Shown piece by piece: positions 58,501-64,000 of a stretch of DNA of 64,000 nt. The notes below the pieces were generated by a model that saw only the letters and a list, made by a program, of their open reading frames with translations, was not told where the DNA came from and made no database searches. Each line of letters begins with the position of its first letter. Position 1 is the stretch's first letter. The DNA comes from Octopus bimaculoides (lineage: Eukaryota), in contig NC_068990.1 in NCBI RefSeq assembly GCF_001194135.2, positions 84,840,687 through 84,904,686 on the forward strand, read 5' to 3'. The position numbers and the translations under genes were made by a program.

Positions 58501-60596
58501 ACACACAGTAATAAGACAAAATAAACACTAGTATCTTGTAAACACTATGTCAACAGACACAACACTGAAACAAAATAACAATCAGCAATTGTCTCATTGT
58601 TTCTGAAACACTATGTTATCAAATTCTTACCTTAATCAAATTGTTAGGTAAACATTGACATTGTATTGTCAATGTATATTGTTAATGCTAATATGGAGAA
58701 TCAATTGCAAATAGTAAACGATGAAAATGACAATGAACGTATACACATGCACATAACAAACTGAACTAATGAGGGAGCCTCTATGAGGTTGCTTGATCAC
58801 CTAGAAATAGCAATCAAATATCTATCAAATCATTGCTTGAAAAAAGGGAGGGTACATTGTGCAATGTAGTCCCCCAGTACAACAAGCACCCATTACACTC
58901 TTGGAGTGGTTGGTATTAGGAAGGGCATCCAGCTTTAGAAAACCACGCCAAATCAGACTGGAGTCTGATGCGGCCTTCCAATTTACTAGCCCTGGTCAAA
59001 CTGTCCAACCCATGCAAGCATGGACAATGGACATATAATGATGATGATGATGATGAAGTTAAAAGGAAACAACACAAATCTACTTACCAATTATAAACTT
59101 TAAAATGTCGGCATTATTTATTACACTGTGTTTGATTAAGTTAGTCTCCAAACAAAAATTACTGAAAATTTTGAGAACATCAATCTTCACAAGTTGAGAT
59201 GAAGCTTTTGCAGTTTTTAAAAGAATTTCACTTCCCGAAAGTTTATCAAACAATAAACCTAGTATAAGAAAAAAAATTAATTATAATTTAAAAAAAAAAT
59301 GTAAGTAAAAATAAATAAATAAATAAATAGGCGCAGAAGTGGCTGTGTGGTAAGTAGCTTGCTTACCAACCACATGGTTCCGGAAATGCTAATAAAATGT
59401 CACTGCCTACAGTTCAGTGATTTTTAAGGCAAGTGCAAATGTAAACATTCACAAAGACAAACAAAAATGACAAGATTAGTACAGTTTCTGTCTACCAAAT
59501 CACTCATTTTGGTCTGGCCTCTCATGTCTACCCTACAATGTCATTCTAAAAACAAACAATTACACTATCAAAATCTTGAAGCTACAACATAATTCAGAGT
59601 AATCTGAATGCTAAAGGGTTAATTCTTGCATCAAACCTATTTACATTAGTTTTCCATCAGTAAGTGCAGGTGCAACTGTGTGGTAAGAAATTTGCTTTCC
59701 GACCACATGGCCTTGGGTTTGGATCTATTGTGTACCACCTAAGGTAAGTATCTTGTACTATCGACCTAGGTTGATCGAAATTTGAGTAGATATGATAGAC
59801 AGAAACTGAAAGAAGCCTGTTGTATACATGCGAATATATAGACATGTATATGTGTGTGAATGTGTGTGCATGTTACTGTCTTTTTGCCTTAACTTCTTGT
59901 GATTGTCGTAAACAAATGTCACCACCATGCAAACAGCGTCTGTTGTTTCCAATTTTCCATTAAAACTTGTTTGGTCATGGTGGATATTACTTTGTTTAGA
60001 AACAGGTAGGAGTTGGTGACAAGAAGGGCATCTGACTGAAGAAAATCTACCTCAACGAATTCTGTCTGTCTCATGCAAAAATGGAAAAGTGGATGCTAAA
60101 TGATGATGATGATAATTTCATTTAAATTGTGTAACTTACATAGATCAGGATCAAACCAGGTGAAATTGCACAAGCAGCTCACTGCAAATTTGTTGGTATA
60201 GTCAGATTCATTCCTTTTAAGAGCCGAAAAGAGATGGTGAACAAAACTTTGATTAGCAGAAATTGCAGAACAGATTTTTGGCACAGTCGATAAATGGTAG
60301 AGAACACTTAGAGAAGCCATTGACAGGAGAGGAAACAGATGGCCATTGTGTTCTTCCAAATTGTCCAAAACTGATTCTATTTTTAATAGAATGCCATGTT
60401 TCATAAACAACGTTTTAATATCAGAACTTTGGTCAGCTATGAAAATTCTGTTAATGAAGTCCAAAATGGCTATTTCATTGACAATATTTTCTTCATTGCA
60501 TGTCATATCCTCATTAAACTGGTCAATCAAATTCTTCACAACAACATCATTTATTTCTGATGGTAATGGTGCCCCCTTCAGAAGCAAATAAGCCAT
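47443..60596 (-). CDS. ARM/HEAT-like repeat plus C-terminal Schlafen/AlbA_2-domain protein, ~542 aa, 11 coding exons
   Basis: Exons sum to 1629 nt (543 codons including TGA) with compatible phases throughout. The C-terminus YQYGAEVPFIEDTTH...VCGMLNSRRNCTLYFGISDAYKVVGVHLSREEKDKFRL...KPVLN...IIEIS...SYFRHNGET follows the AlbA_2 (PF04326) pattern. The N-terminus is Leu-rich with ARM-like helix motifs (AVSCLCNF, LSVLYHLS, LKIFSNF). One junction (54173) needs an AAG acceptor. Confidence 0.8.
48965..49056 (-). CDS. Schlafen/AlbA_2 domain exon 3: ISTFAQESFYSFKGKSYFRHNGETQLVGAE
   Basis: TTTATGACAG / GAG|GTGAGT, 92 nt; Y-x-R-x-x-G-x-T motif. Confidence 0.9.
50682..50888 (-). CDS. Schlafen/AlbA_2 domain exon 2: RNCTLYFGISDAYKVVGV...MSSDLHII(E)
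   Basis: TCCTTACAG / TTG|GTACGT, 207 nt; TLYFGISD..VVGV matches 'G.L.iGv.Ddg.v.Gv'. Confidence 0.92.
51020..51057 (-). ncRNA. Minimal hammerhead ribozyme core in an intron of the Schlafen-domain gene
   Basis: CUU-CUGAUGA-U-GGGC(CUUUGU)GCCC-GAAA-UAUAU-A-AAG: 3-bp stem I, 4-bp stem II, palindromic AUAUAU stem III. Confidence 0.7.
51141..51440 (+). mobile_element. Helentron/HINE (DINE-1-like) non-autonomous element
   Basis: Starts ATTACCTCCGCC-TTAGCAA-AGGTGGAAG (hairpin), then GTTT repeats and GGACAAGATATCTCAAGAAC...GATTTTGGGATC; family recognised from memory. Confidence 0.5.
51896..52003 (-). CDS. Schlafen/AlbA_2 domain exon 1: AEVPFIEDTTHAILRANKTNWMNEVGQTVCGMLNS(R)
   Basis: AATTCCAG / CTC|GTAAGC, 108 nt; VCGMLNS matches the AlbA_2 'vcAfaNs' motif. 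Confidence 0.9.
54117..54173 (-). CDS. ARM-Schlafen exon: (N)RYDLREKPFKLQDGCYQY(G)
   Basis: Donor ATG|GTATGT; joins in frame to give YQYGAEVPF. Acceptor ambiguous (AAG at 54174 versus CAG at 54170). Confidence 0.7.
54679..54733 (-). CDS. ARM-Schlafen linker exon: DGCGEDPEMKCTNSLKKS
   Basis: TTCCTTGTAG / CAA|GTAATT, 55 nt, phase 0 to 1; no homology support. Confidence 0.6.
55694..55766 (-). CDS. ARM-Schlafen exon: HQYTKTYLPALKTVEENLADFRLY
   Basis: ATTTTCAG / TAC|GTAAGT, 73 nt, phase 2 to 0. Confidence 0.8.
56489..56624 (-). CDS. ARM-Schlafen exon: (G)TKMIARLLYLCPASML...SSQNIQKEK(V)
   Basis: Pyrimidine tract plus AAG acceptor, donor GT|GTAAAT, 136 nt; only this frame is open. Confidence 0.75.
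56770..57068 (-). mobile_element. SINE family C, partial
   Basis: Matches the other C copies. Confidence 0.9.
58233..58370 (-). CDS. ARM-Schlafen exon: (E)ICNEYLENKLHFG...KKHFYILG
   Basis: Acceptor TCTTATTTTTAG, donor GAG|GTAATT, 138 nt, phase 1-1. Confidence 0.85.
59088..59258 (-). CDS. ARM-Schlafen exon: (C)LLFDKLSGSEILLKTAK...NNADILKFII
   Basis: TATACTAG / TTG|GTAAGT, 171 nt, phase 1-1, open. Confidence 0.88.
60140..60596 (-). CDS. ARM-Schlafen gene, first coding exon (MAYLLLKGAP...NFTWFDPDL)
   Basis: Acceptor TCTCTTACAG at 60610, ATG in strong context (AAC ATG G) after an in-frame TGA, 152 open codons, donor T|GTAAGT. Confidence 0.88.
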
Positions 60597-61133
60597 GTTT
60601 CACAATAATCTGTAAGAGAAATTAATGAGGGTAAGTACCATTATTTGTTTAATTATGATTGGTTGAAATGGTCAAATACTTCTCACTCACAATGTTTTCA
60701 TATTCATACAGAAAAAATGAAAAAGAAATTCTGATTTTCCCTGCAAGCTGTATTTAACTTTAACTTTTAAACATGGGAACTTAGGTGACTCAAGGCTTAT
60801 AGAAGTCCATGGTGCCATGCAAAACAAGCAAATCTGAATCCACACGATCATGGTTTTGAGTTTGCTCTCATGAACAAAATACAAAATTAAAGATTCACCA
60901 TTCTCTGAAGACCTTCCACTGCATGTTTAAATGTACTCTTTCGTGTATCATTATAATATCAGCTTCTGCTTCACTGAACTAGATGTCAGCATATCTTCTT
61001 CACCCAAATCCTATCATCTCTTCTCAGACCTCACAATAAGCACTTCGTCTGATCTTTCCACACTAGAACCATAAATCCACTTCCATCTCTATCCATATTT
61101 TCCCTAAATACATACATACAAATACAGACTTAC

Positions 61134-61225
61134 AGAACTTTTGAGCACTGATCACATAAATCTCACTAGCTGAGCCTCTCAAACTGCAAGAAATAGCAGC
61201 CAAATCTTCCTTTGCGCAAATTTTT
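61134..61225 (-). other. Probable non-coding first exon (5' UTR) of the ARM-Schlafen gene
   Basis: Strong donor TCT|GTAAGT at 61133 could splice to the acceptor at 60610; the 5' boundary is a guess. Confidence 0.45.
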
Positions 61226-62491
61226 TTCATATTCGTTTTCTACCCCCCCCCCCCTTTTTTTTGTTTTTCTTGTTTTCGTGACCGGAACTTAAACTGTATA
61301 TTGACCAAAATTGGTATTTCTTTGCTTGAAATTTTTCACAAATAACTTTCAGACGATGTAGATTATGTTTATATCGAAATTCAGAGTGGTCAAAAAATAA
61401 ATAAATAAATAAAAAAGGTGGGCACGCAAAAGTAAATGAAACTTGAAATTTTGATAAAAATTTGTGACGTGTGTCAGTATGCGTGTGCATGCANNNNNNN
61501 NNNNNNNNNNNNNNNNNNNNNNNNNNNNNNNNNNNNNNNNNNNNNNNNNNNNNNNNNNNNNNNNNNNNNNNNNNNNNNNNNNNNNNNNNNNNNNNNNNNN
61601 NNNNNNNNNNNNNNNNNNNNNNNNNNNNNNNNNNNNNNNNNNNNNNNNNNNNNNNNNNNNNNNNNNNNNNNNNNNNNNNNNNNNNNNNNNNNNNNNNNNN
61701 NNNNNNNNNNNNNNNNNNNNNNNNNNNNNNNNNNNNNNNNNNNNNNNNNNNNNNNNNNNNNNNNNNNNNNNNNNNNNNNNNNNNNNNNNNNNNNNNNNNN
61801 NNNNNNNNNNNNNNNNNNNNNNNNNNACACTGCGCGAAATGCTGATCGGGATTTCATCTGTTTTTTTATGTTCTGAGTTCAAATTCCGCCGGGGTCGACT
61901 TTGCTTTTCATCTTTTCGGGGTCGATAAATTAAGTACCAGTTACGCACTGGAGTCGATGTAATCGACTTAATCCCTTTGTTTGTCCTTGTTTGTCCCCTC
62001 TATGTTTATCCCCTTGTGGGAAATAAAGAAATAAGAAATGTTAGCACGTTGCGCGAAATGCTTAGCAGTATTTCATCTGTCTTTACGTTCTGAGTTCAAA
62101 TTACGCCGGGGTCGACTTTGCCTTTCATCCTTTCGGGGTCGATAAATTAAGAACTAGTTGAGTACTGACCCCCCACCCAGAAATTTCGGGCCTTGTGCCT
62201 AGAGTAGAGAACAATTTACTGAGAAATTTGGTTGTAATTTTTAGAAGGTCTGTCGTGAGGTAAGACAATAAAAGTTATTCAGTTAATGAAATATACCAAA
62301 TAATAAGTTTCTGGCATAGGGACAAGACCAATAATTTGAAGGAAAGGGGTTAGGTGCCTCGAAGTTATTTGGAAACCAACGAAACAGACTCCACATGGTT
62401 GGTATTCGGCCATGCTCGTTATGAAGCGTGGAGAAAATGTAATCATATTGTAATGTCGAGGAGAAAGACGCATTAGATAATGCTATAGATG

Positions 62492-62638
62492 TTGCACGAA
62501 CAAAAACATGAAGATAGTCAATACAGAAAGAAAAACAATAATAAACAAACAGTCCGATAGAAGATTGCAAGAACAAAAACACGAAGATAGTCAATACAGA
62601 AAGAAAAACAATAATAAACAAACAGTCCGATAGAAGAT
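62492..62638. repeat. 2 x 73-bp direct tandem duplication
   Basis: TTGCA(C/A)GAACAAAAACA(T/C)GAAGATAGTCAATACAG...CCGATAGAAGAT repeated. Confidence 0.9.
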
Positions 62639-63382
62639 CAATACGGAGTTTGGAAAGTTTTTTGGGTGCTTAAAACAAATGAAGAGAACAACCAAATAGT
62701 TTATCATCGAAAGAGGAAGTCGAGTAGATGGTAGAAGTACCTCAAAACAAAAATTCGCACGCAGAGAAATGGAAAACATTGGGAAAACATGTGAAACACA
62801 TTAATTTCTCACCCACCAAAATGAATCGACGAAGAGAGCGGCTTTGCTGTTGTTTCTGCTAGAAATAGCAGCCAAATCTCACTCAGCTAACATCTTAACG
62901 TCTTCATAAACGATTCATGGTTTAATATAATCTTAGATACACTATGTGTGAATAAAAAAGATGGGATAGTGACTTCTGGAATAACTTTAATCTAGGTCCG
63001 GTTAAATTTGGAGCTAAATAACAACAAGTGACAGTACAGAAAACCGGAAGTACGACCATTTTAGTTTCTTTAATGGATGAAAAAGCAAAACAAGTAAAAA
63101 AGGAGGGGCGAACCCAATTAGAAAGCTTCTCCGGGAACACTCAGCGTGCTAGAAATAGCAACCAAATATCCCTCGAATCATGATTTAGTCATACTCTACT
63201 GCATCGTGCGCAGTTAACCACTGCACATCAACAAATGCAACACTTAAATTGACAGAGGTATATATAGAATTAGGTGAAGGGAGAATAAGAGGGGATGTTT
63301 TTCGAATGTTATATAATATGATTGATAAAGAGAAACAACTTGCGTCACTTGAGTTTTGCTTTATACAGCCAGTAAAATATAG

Positions 63383-63506
63383 GGTAAATTTTCAGATTAA
63401 CACCGGCACGATTTTCACTAGGGTGTTAGGGTTAGAGAATTCCGTCCCTAACCCTGACCCTAACACCCTAGTGAAGATCGTGCGATTGTTAATCTGAAAA
63501 TTTACC
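63383..63506. mobile_element. 124-bp MITE-like palindrome with TTAGGG/CCCTAA-like core
   Basis: ~50-bp inverted arms GGTAAATTTTCAGATTAACA...GCACGATTTTCACTAGGGTGTTAGGGT. Confidence 0.75.
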
Positions 63507-64000
63507 ATCTGTCAATGAGGGAGTCGCTACTAATTTCCCTTTTATTTGTTTTAGTCATTGGACCGCAGCCATGCTGGGACATTGTTTTTGAAAGGTTTGG
63601 TCGAAGAAATCGGTTCCAGTCTGGTACTTGTTCTATCAGTCTGTTTTGCAGAATCGTTACGTTGCAGGGACATAATAAATAAACAAGCACCAGTTGTCAA
63701 GCGACGGTGGGGGACAAATATAAGCACAAAGGTACACACACACATACACATAACTGGATTCCACATAGTTTCCACCGACCAAATGAACTCACAAAGCATT
63801 GGTCGGCCCAGGGCTATAAAAGACGAATGCAGTGAGACCAAACCTAAAGGTACATGGCTGGAAAGCAAGCTTCACATAGCTATGTCTGTGCCAATGGTCC
63901 AGTGTTAGCCATGTATGGCACGGCATGCAATGAAGGGTTAACACATTTTGCATGGCAGCAACTTTGGCTTTGAAATATAGATATAACATCAGTTTCAAAC

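Noticed and set aside
58371-58564. Upstream extension of ORF 58219..58506 with an in-frame TAG (possible pseudogene or UAG-to-UIG editing)
   Set aside because: A better acceptor (TCTTATTTTTAG at 58371) gives the correct phase with no stop, so the extension is intronic
60600-61103. Open frame 60687..60884 that could splice in frame up to the TGA 3 nt before the start ATG (uORF, readthrough or editing)
   Set aside because: A stronger donor at 61133 makes this region intronic, the peptide is not protein-like, and UGA has a 5' G neighbour disfavoured by ADAR

Overview
AT-rich, gap-containing animal genomic DNA. Its SINE families, dense microsatellites and short N gaps point to an octopod cephalopod, probably Octopus (inference). 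Two spliced genes, both on the minus strand, were rebuilt by hand from splice sites and reading phase. (1) An SLC15A1/A2-like (PepT) proton-coupled oligopeptide transporter: first coding exon at 35436-35529, a 21-kb first intron, 12 further visible exons down to 339, two expected exons missing (probably in N gaps), and the 3' end running off the window. (2) An apparently intact 11-coding-exon, ~542-aa gene (60596 to 47443) fusing an ARM/HEAT-like helical N-terminus to a single Schlafen/AlbA_2 domain that lacks part of the canonical E-x4-E-F-K nuclease motif. The rest is repeats: at least five SINE-like families, Tc1/mariner-, pogo- and hAT-type MITEs, a Helentron-like element, a decayed CRE-clade LINE and an LTR relic with a tRNA-Trp PBS. 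The most interesting signals are the ARM-Schlafen (pseudo)nuclease gene and several minimal hammerhead-ribozyme cores of the Penelope type. These sit in a palindromic tRNA-headed element, in sense orientation in an intron of the Schlafen gene, and split by a SINE insertion. A ~220-bp near-perfect hairpin lies just downstream of the Schlafen gene's stop codon. No CRISPR arrays, rRNA genes or true tRNA genes were seen. All calls were made by eye, and repeat boundaries are approximate.
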